A stretch of DNA of 64,000 nt from a virus, in IMG/VR virus record IMGVR_UViG_3300012953_000013, positions 64,001 to 128,000 of that record. One strand, given 5' to 3'. Both the position numbers and the translations under genes were made by a program. This document shows, in pieces, positions 1 through 9,079 of the stretch. The stretch's first letter is position 1, and the number at the start of each line of letters is the position of its first letter. A model generated the notes under the pieces. The model saw only the letters and a program-made list of their open reading frames with translations, ran no database searches and was not told where the DNA came from.

Positions 1-62
1 TCTACTTCTTCTTCATAACAAATTTCTGGCACCCAATTGCTTGGAGCGTTATTCTTTTTCAT
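1..62 (-). CDS. Hypothetical protein, 5' end only (runs off window start)
   Basis: ATG at 62 with AAGGAG RBS (68-73) and upstream promoter; reads MKKNNAPSNWVPEICYEEEV open to the edge. Confidence 0.55.
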   Translation of the reverse strand, partial: MKKNNAPSNWVPEICYEEEV

Positions 63-81
63 TTTATCTCCTTTTGATGAA

Positions 82-110
82 ATAATACTCTAACTACGAT
101 TAATTTACAA
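82..110 (-). promoter_or_regulatory. sigma70-like promoter TTGTAA-N17-TATTAT
   Basis: -35 at 105-110, -10 at 82-87, 17 nt spacer, just upstream of an RBS+ATG. Confidence 0.55.
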
Positions 111-206
111 CTTTATTGTCTGGCAATCGTATTAGATTCGTCAATCTTCTCTGCTATTATATCTTTCATTTATTCAGTGTAATACTTTGAATTCTTTGAT
201 AGCATT

Positions 207-713
207 CTAAAAAGTCTTTCTCCAATCTCGAGCTCCACCAACAGTTTTAGAACACTCTAGAGCATCTTCATAAGTAATATCATCATCTTCTTCAGAGTCA
301 AACCAAAGAGCTCCTCTCAGCCTAACTGGCAAATACCTAACTGTTAATTCTTCCCCTGCTTTAATATCTCTTCTAGTTGTAAACTCAATAGTTTCATATT
401 CGAAATTTTGCCGCCAAACAACGCTACAATCTCTTAAGTGGTTATAAACTGCAGCCCAACCCAAAGCATAAGCTAAAAATCCATCTTTCCACGCAAAAGG
501 ATAATCTTGAAGTATATGTCGACAGTTGTTAATCTCGTAAAGATGCTCTGATATGGAGTTATGGACAAGAACAACAGGAGCAGACTCTATCATTGTATGA
601 GCTGGAATATCTTCTTTAGCAAACATCCCCCACCTGTGAATAGGAGACTCTGCGACTTCTACTCTGCTATCTATAAAAACTTTTGGAAATGAATTACGAG
701 GTTCTCTAAACAC
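207..713 (-). CDS. SET-domain protein (lysine methyltransferase-like)
   Basis: SPIHRWGMFAKEDIP, YNH, F.TRRDIKAGEELTVRY SET motifs; GTG start overlaps upstream TAG. Confidence 0.85.
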   Translation of the reverse strand: MFREPRNSFPKVFIDSRVEVAESPIHRWGMFAKEDIPAHTMIESAPVVLVHNSISEHLYEINNCRHILQDYPFAWKDGFLAYALGWAAVYNHLRDCSVVWRQNFEYETIEFTTRRDIKAGEELTVRYLPVRLRGALWFDSEEDDDITYEDALECSKTVGGARDWRKTF

Positions 714-1993
714 TACACACTCACTGAAGAAACTGATGTTCGCATTGCTTTCAGTAATTCTTCAGTCTGGAGTCCGAGCTGTCCATATTCTGAATCTTCT
801 ATTATCTTTTTCACATCTGCATCCACATCATCTGGGTATAATACATCATAAGCATTTTTATGAGTCTCGTAAATACCGTTTGCTGCTTCGTGTGCACTTT
901 GTCTTAATCTTACAATAATATTTCCAAACGCAACAGACCTAATTTGCTGCATTTTTTCTTCTTCAGTAACTGCAGCTAATTCTTCTTCTGATGGCTCTCT
1001 ATTTCCTTGACTTGCAAGAACCATTTTTGCAGCTTCTTCAGATGCTCCGTCTTGAGCTGCTATCTCTTTTGAGTCTGCCGCTAACGAAGCTTCTAGTTCA
1101 GCTTTAGAAGGCATGCCTGTTTCAGGGCTTATTTGCTGTAGCTTATCAAGAACTGCTAAATAATCATTTAACCCTTGTACTGCGCCAAGTTCTCCAAGGA
1201 TCTCGACTAAACTATTAGCAGATTTCACGTCGTCTAAAAGCTCTGATGCGTCATTAATCATGGCTTTTCTAGCTTCTTCAACCCCAGGGAGACCACCGTT
1301 CTCATCAATAATAAGATTAATACCTTCTTCAGTCAATTCAACACCATCAAAATCTCTCTCTTCAAATGGAGGGATATCTTCTTGCTGTTCTTCTTGCTCT
1401 AAAATCATATTAGATCCCGGATCATATCCGGCCATAAATAAACTGTTTAGACCGCGAAGGGCTTTTGAAATCAGTCCGGACTGCTCTCTTTTTCTTGCTC
1501 TTGCTACACTATTTCTATCGGGGCTAGCTAATTCGCCCGGAGTATAATCACCAAAACCAGCACCTCGAAAAAATTCTGCAACTCCTTCTACTGCTCCTCT
1601 ACCACCCTGGGTTTTTGCTGCGACGAACGCGCCAGGATTTAAAAGGAATGCACCTATAGCTACGTCCTGGCTTATCGGTAACTTATCTAAAAGCTGCTGG
1701 GTTTGACCATCTAAGTCTCTCATTCTATCATTATGATTGTCCATAATGTTTTGAATTTTTTGCCTATTGAAGCTTGTCATGACTCTAAACAAAGTCAAGA
1801 GATTCGCAAGCGTTTTTTGAGCTTCAAGCTTTGCTATTTTTAAAACTTCTATCCAGGGTTGGATTAAAGCATCCCAAACTTGACTGGCAGAAAAATTAAT
1901 TGTATACTGCTCAGAAATAATTGGAGACTCTTTTTTATTTTTTAAAGCATGCCTGATTGCTTCTCTTAGTTCTTCTTCGGTAACTTGTTGCAT
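713..1993 (-). CDS. Acidic putative virion (head-internal) protein
   Basis: 426 aa, Glu-rich, N-terminal EEELREAIRHAL leader shared with neighbours; ATACTTA motif upstream. Confidence 0.5.
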   Translation of the reverse strand: MQQVTEEELREAIRHALKNKKESPIISEQYTINFSASQVWDALIQPWIEVLKIAKLEAQKTLANLLTLFRVMTSFNRQKIQNIMDNHNDRMRDLDGQTQQLLDKLPISQDVAIGAFLLNPGAFVAAKTQGGRGAVEGVAEFFRGAGFGDYTPGELASPDRNSVARARKREQSGLISKALRGLNSLFMAGYDPGSNMILEQEEQQEDIPPFEERDFDGVELTEEGINLIIDENGGLPGVEEARKAMINDASELLDDVKSANSLVEILGELGAVQGLNDYLAVLDKLQQISPETGMPSKAELEASLAADSKEIAAQDGASEEAAKMVLASQGNREPSEEELAAVTEEEKMQQIRSVAFGNIIVRLRQSAHEAANGIYETHKNAYDVLYPDDVDADVKKIIEDSEYGQLGLQTEELLKAMRTSVSSVSV

Positions 1994-2033
1994 ATTTCCT
2001 TCACCATTTTATGTAAAACACTGACTACCTCTA

Positions 2034-2040
2034 TAAGTAT
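2034..2040 (-). promoter_or_regulatory. ATANTTA putative late-promoter motif (ATACTTA)
   Basis: In divergent intergenic gap upstream of 1993; motif recurs upstream of about 12 genes. Confidence 0.4.
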
Positions 2041-2061
2041 TATAAAGTGGGTAATTCTTTC

Positions 2062-2739
2062 ATGAAACGAGTTTTTACATTTTTATTAGCTTTAGGGTTG
2101 TTAATGCCAAACTTTACGATGGCAACACCCTCCCCTGATATATTCTTATCTTCTAACTCAGTTGTAAACCGTCATCATAGAGAAAGTAGAGAATCTTCGG
2201 TAAAAATAGTAACTCTTCGAGGGCATGGATCTGGTAGTTATTTCAGGGCTGGCCAAAGACATTTTATCCTTACTGCCAAGCATGTTTTAAGAGGGGTGGA
2301 AATTGTTACAATTCAAGCCGGAGGAAATGAGCTGGTTATAGGAGAGGTTAAGTGGAGATCTGAAACTCAAGATATAGCAATAATCGAGATACCAGAACTT
2401 CAAACAAGAAACCCTGCGAGAATACGAACTTCCAACATCAGAGAATTAGAAATTGGAGATGAGCTCGTGTATTCTGGATATCCGGGAAGAAACAGCTTAC
2501 TAACTTCTGGAGCAATGGTCTCTGGAACAAACAATGGAAGATATATTCTACAAGGGTTTGCGTGGCCTGGGTCTTCAGGCAGTGGAATAATAGACGAAAG
2601 AGGAAAAATAAGAGGCGTTTTAGTAGCCATAGGAATCGAATGGGCAGCTGGGAATCCCCAACTTCTTGAAACAGTAGTTTGGATGGAACCCATTACCACG
2701 ATGACGTGGAGGGAGATAAGAACAGCTCTAGAGTTATAG
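2062..2739 (+). CDS. Secreted trypsin-like serine protease
   Basis: Signal peptide MKRVFTFLLALGLL; triad LTAKH, DIAII, PGSSGS; ATG 2062 preferred to track GTG 2047. Confidence 0.85.
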   Translation: MKRVFTFLLALGLLMPNFTMATPSPDIFLSSNSVVNRHHRESRESSVKIVTLRGHGSGSYFRAGQRHFILTAKHVLRGVEIVTIQAGGNELVIGEVKWRSETQDIAIIEIPELQTRNPARIRTSNIRELEIGDELVYSGYPGRNSLLTSGAMVSGTNNGRYILQGFAWPGSSGSGIIDERGKIRGVLVAIGIEWAAGNPQLLETVVWMEPITTMTWREIRTALEL

Positions 2740-2799
2740 TTTTAAGTTTAGTCATCGTTGCACTTTCAGTTCTTTTCCAAAAGAGATTAGGAGGATCCT

Positions 2800-4365
2800 A
2801 TGCGGAAAAAAGTACTTGCAGCATGTATACTAGCTATCACTGGTTGTAGTGATTACAACTTAGAAAAAATTGTTCAACTCGCGCCAGAAATCGAGGTTAC
2901 TCCTCTGGAGCACGACTACGGAGCTCTAAACGCTGACGGGGAATCAAGCGAAATAACCGTGACTATAACAAATATTGGAAACGATGATCTAGAACTAGAA
3001 TCCATTTATCTTTTAAACGATTATTCAAACTTTAATATAGAAGACTCTTACCCCTCTTTTTTGCAGCCTGGAGAAAACACTGAATTAAGAATTTCATATG
3101 ATCCACTGACTTATGAAACAAATGAAGACCATTTAGTTATTATATCTAACGACGGAGATGAATCAGAAATTTATATTCCGTTAAATGGATCTGGGGATGC
3201 TCCAGTAATTTACGTAAAACCAGACTACTATGATTTTGGATTAACATATATCGGATGCGAAGACCAACTAGAAATTATTATTTCAAACGTAGGAAACGTA
3301 GACTTAGAAGTAAGCGACATAGATTACTACGTTACTACACCTCAAAATTTATATTCTGATCCTGAAGAGGCGAATGGGCCACTACCATGGACTCTTACGC
3401 CGGGTGAGGAAGTTTATTTAAGCGTAGACTATCTTCCGGCTGATTTAGTTGATGACGACGCATATGCTAGAATATCCTCTAATGATCCACTGAGGCCCGA
3501 AGTAGACGCTGTCCAAATAGGATATGGGGATTATGAAGATATTATAATAGACGTACACGAACAGGGAGACGTTACCCCCGTAGATATACTTTTTGTTGTC
3601 GATAATTCTGGGTCTATGAGTGCTAATCAAACGCAGCTAGCAAACAACTTTGATACTTTTATCAACGTATTCGCAGTCTCAGGAGTAGATTATCAAATTG
3701 CATTTATAACAACTGACGACCCAGACTTTGTCGGAGATATTATTACGCCATTAACTACAGACCCTGTAGCTGAGGCAACAAGTCAGATTGCTTCTATCGG
3801 ATGGAGCGGGAGTCCCCATGAAAAAGGGTTTGATATGTCATACCAAGCAACTAGTGCAGGAGGAGACGCAGCCCCAGGATCTACTTTTTTAAGAGATGAT
3901 GCCAGGTTAGTTGTTATATACATTTCTGACGAAGATGACTTTTCAACCACTATCTCTCTAGGTGTTGACATGGCTAACCACCTATACTCTCTTAAGTCGA
4001 GCCCATCCTTAGCCATAGCTCACGCTGTAGCCGGTGATGTTCCTTCTGGGTGTGCTGGAAACGGAGGAGCAACAGCAGCAACTGAATACAATAATGCTGT
4101 TGTCGCAATGAGTGGAACATTTTTATCGATTTGCGCTACAGATTGGGGCACCCCAATGGAAGAACTAGCTAGAGACTCAGTTGGTTTGGTACAGTTTGCA
4201 CTTTCAGAACAACCAATTGAAGACACTATATGGATAACAGTTGATGGGGTTGTTAATACTGATTGGACATATGATTCAACTACTCAAGCCGTCATATTCA
4301 GTATTCCTCCGCCTGAAGGTTCTGAAATTGTTATAACTTATGCGCTATTTCCTGAATGTAATTAA
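2800..4365 (+). CDS. Lipoprotein with two Ig-like (ASH/choice-of-anchor-D type) domains and a vWA domain
   Basis: AGGAGG RBS; lipobox ITG-C; repeated P.I.V.P...DFG Ig-like units; MIDAS DILFVVDNSGSM and VVIYISDEDD. Confidence 0.8.
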   Translation: MRKKVLAACILAITGCSDYNLEKIVQLAPEIEVTPLEHDYGALNADGESSEITVTITNIGNDDLELESIYLLNDYSNFNIEDSYPSFLQPGENTELRISYDPLTYETNEDHLVIISNDGDESEIYIPLNGSGDAPVIYVKPDYYDFGLTYIGCEDQLEIIISNVGNVDLEVSDIDYYVTTPQNLYSDPEEANGPLPWTLTPGEEVYLSVDYLPADLVDDDAYARISSNDPLRPEVDAVQIGYGDYEDIIIDVHEQGDVTPVDILFVVDNSGSMSANQTQLANNFDTFINVFAVSGVDYQIAFITTDDPDFVGDIITPLTTDPVAEATSQIASIGWSGSPHEKGFDMSYQATSAGGDAAPGSTFLRDDARLVVIYISDEDDFSTTISLGVDMANHLYSLKSSPSLAIAHAVAGDVPSGCAGNGGATAATEYNNAVVAMSGTFLSICATDWGTPMEELARDSVGLVQFALSEQPIEDTIWITVDGVVNTDWTYDSTTQAVIFSIPPPEGSEIVITYALFPECN

Positions 4366-5627
4366 AATCGAGACATTGAATTAATTAATCTTATCTCATT
4401 TGCAATTTCATTAAGCGATTCTGAATCTTGGACAGGGGGAATTTTTCCCCTGCCATATCTTGGAATTCCGAGAATGTGATTTAAGGGAGCAAAATTTCCC
4501 GTAATCTTGTATGTAGAGTCATTAAAGCCGTAATTAAAAACAAGTCCCTCTACCGGTGAAGTTATTCTGCCGCATTTTTCAAACTTATCAACATATCGTT
4601 CAATAAGCTTTTTTCTAGCAGACTCATGTCCATCAGAACAAGATTCTACCAGCATGATCGCTGCTTGAACTGAATTTTGAAGACGAGTTTTCTCCCTAGC
4701 AGAATCTTCAATCATCACAGAATCTACATTTTCTAAAATTCGAGCTCCCGTATAAGTCACAACTAGCTCAATTGGAAGCATAGCACTGCCAATAACTTTG
4801 TTTCTATTAACAGATTTACCCAGTTCCGAAACTTGATTTGCGATGTATGGAGGTAAACCTTTTTTGATTTTAACTAGAGAAGTATCTCCTTCTCCAAAGA
4901 TATGAGCCATTAATTGCTTTTTTCTGTCTGGAGAAATTCGAAGATTATTGATAACCCCATTTTCTAAAGTTACTTTTGCAAAATCTCGAAGAGTTGATTT
5001 TGAGTTGCATCCAGAAGCCAGCATAATTTTATTCATACTGTCTTCAAAATTGCTTAAAACTCCATCTCCACGCAAATCTTCAAGCTCTACTAATACAGGA
5101 GGAGAAACTCGCCATTCATTACCATTTACCATAACGGAAAATTCTGAACATCCATGGGCATAACTACTAAAAGATTCTGCTATTCCTCCAGGAGCGTCTC
5201 CAAAAAAATTGCGTACCCCGTGAAACACAATCGCGCATTCATCATAATCAATGGTCATCGGGCGATGCTTGTTGATTAGATCGCAATTAACCCAGTTCCT
5301 ACCGGTAAAACCAAATGGCCAAAACGAGTTTTTGGTAAGCCGATAAAGAGCTTCTGAACCATCTACAAAAGTCTGTTCTGCAGGGTGCCCTTCCATTAAT
5401 TTTGCAAATTGAGGTTGAGTTAAACCGCCTGCGTCGCGATGCTTTCCACTAGTTGAGAATCGGAGATCTCCAGATGAGTCTACCCTAAAGTGGACGTTGA
5501 TACCGTCGAATTTCTCTGTGGCCCTGAGATTGCCCGTACAGGTTTGGTAAAAGATTTCATTAATATCACCAAAGGTAAGATCTAAATCCTCCCAGAGGTG
5601 GCTCATGTGTCCGCCAAGTGATCCCAT
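4362..5627 (-). CDS. Ligase-like covalent nucleotidyltransferase family protein
   Basis: Motif I TEKFDG, motif IV EGLVF, motif V YKITG; N-terminal GGHMSH typical of a T4-like phage family. Confidence 0.55.
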   Translation of the reverse strand: MGSLGGHMSHLWEDLDLTFGDINEIFYQTCTGNLRATEKFDGINVHFRVDSSGDLRFSTSGKHRDAGGLTQPQFAKLMEGHPAEQTFVDGSEALYRLTKNSFWPFGFTGRNWVNCDLINKHRPMTIDYDECAIVFHGVRNFFGDAPGGIAESFSSYAHGCSEFSVMVNGNEWRVSPPVLVELEDLRGDGVLSNFEDSMNKIMLASGCNSKSTLRDFAKVTLENGVINNLRISPDRKKQLMAHIFGEGDTSLVKIKKGLPPYIANQVSELGKSVNRNKVIGSAMLPIELVVTYTGARILENVDSVMIEDSAREKTRLQNSVQAAIMLVESCSDGHESARKKLIERYVDKFEKCGRITSPVEGLVFNYGFNDSTYKITGNFAPLNHILGIPRYGRGKIPPVQDSESLNEIANEIRLINSMSRF

Positions 5628-5650
5628 ATTTATTCTCCTTTTATAATATT

Positions 5651-5679
5651 ATTATATAAGAGAACACTGGATTTTACAA
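5651..5679 (-). promoter_or_regulatory. sigma70-like promoter TTGTAA-N17-TATAAT
   Basis: -35 at 5674-5679, consensus -10 at 5651-5656, 17 nt spacer, AAGGAG RBS downstream. Confidence 0.7.
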
Positions 5680-5690
5680 GCAAAAAATAT

Positions 5691-6419
5691 CTAATCTACC
5701 ATTCTCTTTTTAAGCTCTTTAGCCGAATTGACTTCACCAACAATAATTGGAGCATCAACCCCTCCTCCAGAATCTGGAGAATCTGAAGGATCAGATTTCT
5801 TTAGTCTTTTACGGGGTTTTTCCTTTGGAGCTGCACCCATTTCTACATTATAAGGTGCAATACTCGGTTTGGAGATTTTCTCTACTTCAGTATCTCCAGT
5901 GATTATCTGAGCTATACCATCTAAAAAAGCTTTTAAAGCAATTTTTTCAGGACCAGACAATCCTTCCCACCAAAAGTCAAATCTCTCTTTGACCTCTCCG
6001 TCTTTAAGAGACTTACCAGCCCTAATAATATTAAGCATTTTAGAAATATCTTCTGGCTCCATAGCCGAAGGTAGCTTTTGAGCTTTAACTGTGGGAGAAG
6101 CTTGGTCTTCAGGGGTTTGCTTAGGGGTTTCTTCAGTCGCATCCTCTTGTTCATCTTGAACAGATTCATCATTTTTTTCCGCTCTTAAACCAAGCTTATC
6201 AATCTTATCAGAAGTTTTAGACTGCTTGCTTTTCTCACTTTCAGTCATTATTTTTTCTAGCAAAATATTAACTGAGTCATTGGTCGCAGCTCTTATAAGA
6301 TTGTCTAGAAAAGAGGGCTGAAAATTGGCAATATTACTCTCTTTAACTTGCTTTTTTCGACCGTGTAAGTTATTAGCTTCAGCTTCTTGGTCTGAAGTCA
6401 ACCTATTTCTTTTTGTCAT
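5691..6419 (-). CDS. Hypothetical charged protein, probably virion-associated
   Basis: Track ORF 5691..6503; ATG 6419 (MTKRNRL) avoids long overlap with 6403..6600. Confidence 0.6.
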   Translation of the reverse strand: MTKRNRLTSDQEAEANNLHGRKKQVKESNIANFQPSFLDNLIRAATNDSVNILLEKIMTESEKSKQSKTSDKIDKLGLRAEKNDESVQDEQEDATEETPKQTPEDQASPTVKAQKLPSAMEPEDISKMLNIIRAGKSLKDGEVKERFDFWWEGLSGPEKIALKAFLDGIAQIITGDTEVEKISKPSIAPYNVEMGAAPKEKPRKRLKKSDPSDSPDSGGGVDAPIIVGEVNSAKELKKRMVD

Positions 6420-6600
6420 TTTTCTGCCCAGTGTTATACTTGATTCTATTTTGCCATCTTTCTCTATAGAGTCTATTGTATTCTCTCTGGGGAGAATCGG
6501 CATGCTCTTCGGTATATTCCTTAAGACGATCTCTTTTTATACTATCTTTCTTCTCGAAAGAATCCATAAATTTCTTAAAATATTCTGATACGCTCATCAC
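6403..6600 (-). CDS. Small hypothetical protein
   Basis: 65 aa, GGAGG RBS and ATAATTA motif upstream. Confidence 0.6.
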   Translation of the reverse strand: MMSVSEYFKKFMDSFEKKDSIKRDRLKEYTEEHADSPQREYNRLYRERWQNRIKYNTGQKNDKKK

Positions 6601-6613
6601 TAACCTCCTGTTT

Positions 6614-6994
6614 CTAATTATATCTCTTAAGAAACACTGTTATTTGAAGCTCTGTGTTTAATGAATCTACTTCAATTTTAAACATAGATCCAGTAATTAT
6701 ATTCTTCTTAATCTTGATTGTACACCCTGCTCCGGGGTTCATCTTTAAAACGCTGTCTAAAAAACTATCAGAAACTAAAAAAGAAATAGCTAAAAGTTCT
6801 TCAGGATCACTAGAAGCATCAACAGAATATCCCAAAAACTTTCCACTAATGGAATTACTTCCACAAGTGAGATCCACAGATATTTCTGGAAGCGCTTCAT
6901 CTTCAAAATCGATTCTCCCAAGTAGAGAATCACTTACTATCAAGTTATCTGGATTTTTTAAAACTCTTTGAAGTTCTTTGTCATTACCGCTCAT
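6614..6994 (-). CDS. Hypothetical protein
   Basis: 126 aa, coupled to upstream gene. Confidence 0.6.
   Translation of the reverse strand: MSGNDKELQRVLKNPDNLIVSDSLLGRIDFEDEALPEISVDLTCGSNSISGKFLGYSVDASSDPEELLAISFLVSDSFLDSVLKMNPGAGCTIKIKKNIITGSMFKIEVDSLNTELQITVFLKRYN
6615..6621 (-). promoter_or_regulatory. ATANTTA motif (ATAATTA)
   Basis: 15 nt upstream of start 6600. Confidence 0.4.
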
Positions 6995-7358
6995 AATCTA
7001 TTACATCCTTATAGATTTGATCGAGCTCTTCTGCATATTCTAAATCTAACTCTGTTATTTCTTCAACTGAGTGAGTGTATACTTCAACTACTATTTTGTT
7101 GCCCTCTATTTTAATAGACCCGTTATGCGAAACTGATTGCTCATATTGCAGAACCTCTTTAACGAATTGCAGAACTTGGTTAGAGCCCTTAAAACTGAAA
7201 GACCTTGATAACCTTTGGGGTTTATCTAAAGTTATCCAAACGGGATCACGCTGTGGCTGTATTGGAAATTCTTTATTAATTTTTCCAAAAAGAGAATCTT
7301 TTATCTCAGCCTGAGTTGATTCATTTAGATATTCTTTCATGAGCAAAGTTAAGTTCAT
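6984..7358 (-). CDS. Pterin-4a-carbinolamine dehydratase (PCD/PhhB)-like protein
   Basis: W......RLSRSFSF...V.QFV..V...E....H......VEVYTHS...ITELDLEYA..LD pattern. Confidence 0.75.
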   Translation of the reverse strand: MNLTLLMKEYLNESTQAEIKDSLFGKINKEFPIQPQRDPVWITLDKPQRLSRSFSFKGSNQVLQFVKEVLQYEQSVSHNGSIKIEGNKIVVEVYTHSVEEITELDLEYAEELDQIYKDVIDYER

Positions 7359-8521
7359 TTCTTACCAGTTTTTTCATATTGTGGAAATAGGTCTAAAAAT
7401 AGTCTATATTGTTCTGGATCTTCTTGTTTAAGAAGCTCTACAAATTCTTTGTCTGCTTGTTTTTCGTCAGACACCTCAGCTCTTGCTTTTGCCAAAAGCC
7501 TTTTCATATCGCTTTTTCGAAGCCGCTTAGTGTAAGTCACAATATCAGCAAGAAAGTGTTGGTTCAGATTTTTATCAGCTTTTAAAGCATCTTTTACTAT
7601 TTTCTTAAACAAAAAAGTTCTCAAAACTCTAAGCACTTCTGGATCGTTAAAAGTCGGATCAATTTCTACAAAATGATAGGAAATATAGTCTGTAGCGTCT
7701 TTAAGATCTTCATCATCTACATCTCCAATGTGTTGTAGATAATTAGCAAAAAGCCTTTGCAGCCCGACTGTTACTCCAGAATCACCAGATTTTCCATAAT
7801 AAGGAGCAACATATTTTCCTTTTATTTCTCTCTTATTCGACTGATAAAACTCTTCAAATTCTTCGTCTTCTTTTTTAGACTTCATTCCAGAAGGAGCTCC
7901 CTCGCCGGCTTCCATCGCTTCAAGCTCTTCTTCAGTTGGTTCCCGATCTTCGTCACCATAAAGAGCGTCGTAGTGATTTCCAAGCTTAATACTTCCCCAA
8001 TCACTCATCGCTTCATTAAGCAACAAATCTCTAATTATTTTTCTTAATCTATTTTCGTAAGTTTTCATATTTCCAGTAGCTCCCACTAATTCGGATTCTA
8101 ATTCAGCTTCATCAGCTTCTTCTTCTTCCTGTTCTTCAGTAGGTTCTTCATCATCGTCGTCTTCTACATCGAGAGATCCAACAGCTTCTAGTTCTCGCTT
8201 AACAACATTGTAAAAATCATCTACTTTAGAATCAGGAACTTCTCCTCCAATAGCAGCCAAAGCACTACTCAAAGCAGCGGGATTGTTTGGAGAATATTCT
8301 TCATCATCAATAGGGGGTTTTTCGATAGCTATCCTGTTGGGCATTAGATCAGATGGCTCAACTGGTAAATCTACTTCTCCCCACGCAATAGGGTCTCCAG
8401 AGTCTTTGGGAATAGGTTGACCGCCCTGCCCTTTTGGATGCGACATATACTCTGATCCGTATTTTTGCCAAACATCTTCAAATAGAATTTTTCGAGCTGT
8501 AGCTCTTAGTTTATCACTCAT
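7355..8521 (-). CDS. Acidic putative virion protein
   Basis: 388 aa; LRATARKILFED leader, internal LRKIIRDLLLNE, long Glu/Asp tract; ATAGTTA upstream. Confidence 0.55.
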   Translation of the reverse strand: MSDKLRATARKILFEDVWQKYGSEYMSHPKGQGGQPIPKDSGDPIAWGEVDLPVEPSDLMPNRIAIEKPPIDDEEYSPNNPAALSSALAAIGGEVPDSKVDDFYNVVKRELEAVGSLDVEDDDDEEPTEEQEEEEADEAELESELVGATGNMKTYENRLRKIIRDLLLNEAMSDWGSIKLGNHYDALYGDEDREPTEEELEAMEAGEGAPSGMKSKKEDEEFEEFYQSNKREIKGKYVAPYYGKSGDSGVTVGLQRLFANYLQHIGDVDDEDLKDATDYISYHFVEIDPTFNDPEVLRVLRTFLFKKIVKDALKADKNLNQHFLADIVTYTKRLRKSDMKRLLAKARAEVSDEKQADKEFVELLKQEDPEQYRLFLDLFPQYEKTGKK

Positions 8522-8538
8522 GGAAACCCTCCAGATAA

Positions 8539-8545
8539 TAACTAT
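8539..8545 (-). promoter_or_regulatory. ATANTTA motif (ATAGTTA)
   Basis: Upstream of GGAGG RBS of 8521. Confidence 0.45.
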
Positions 8546-8592
8546 TAATCTGAATCAGATAATAATAAGAAACTTCAATTAAGAAATATAAA

Positions 8593-9045
8593 TCAAGGAG
8601 TGTTTACAGCGTAGGTAACTCCAACAGTTGTAGCTGTACCTATTACTAACCCGATTGCAGTCCAAAAAACAGGATGCTCATACCATTGAGGAGGACTGTA
8701 TTGTTCTTGCAGAAACTCAATTTGCTGGTCTCTTATCAAAAGCCTCTGGTTGTAGAGCTCTGTAGACGTGTCAAATCTAATCTGCAGTTGATCTATATTG
8801 AGTTGAAGTTCTGCTTCTTTTAACCCAACAGCCCTGGTAATCCTTAAATTACAAGACTCTTCTGTTAATTGCAACTCCGCCAGCATTCTTGCAGTAGCTT
8901 CTGTGTTAAAGAGAGTACCAGTAAATGGGGCTGGATCTCCCTCGGTAACAGTTGCTACTTGCTCATCTGCAAAAGCAGGGAGGGGAATTAACAAAGATTG
9001 TGCTAAAAAAGCAACAAGTGTAAAATGTGCAATAAAAGACTTCAT
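8593..9045 (-). CDS. Exported coiled-coil protein with C-terminal TM helix, spanin-like
   Basis: Signal peptide ending AFA, EGDPAPFTGTL motif, coiled coil, hydrophobic C-terminus FWTAIGLVIGTATTVGVTYAV. Confidence 0.5.
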   Translation of the reverse strand: MKSFIAHFTLVAFLAQSLLIPLPAFADEQVATVTEGDPAPFTGTLFNTEATARMLAELQLTEESCNLRITRAVGLKEAELQLNIDQLQIRFDTSTELYNQRLLIRDQQIEFLQEQYSPPQWYEHPVFWTAIGLVIGTATTVGVTYAVNTP

Positions 9046-9079
9046 AATATAATCTTATTGCCAAAGTTATTGGAGTAAA

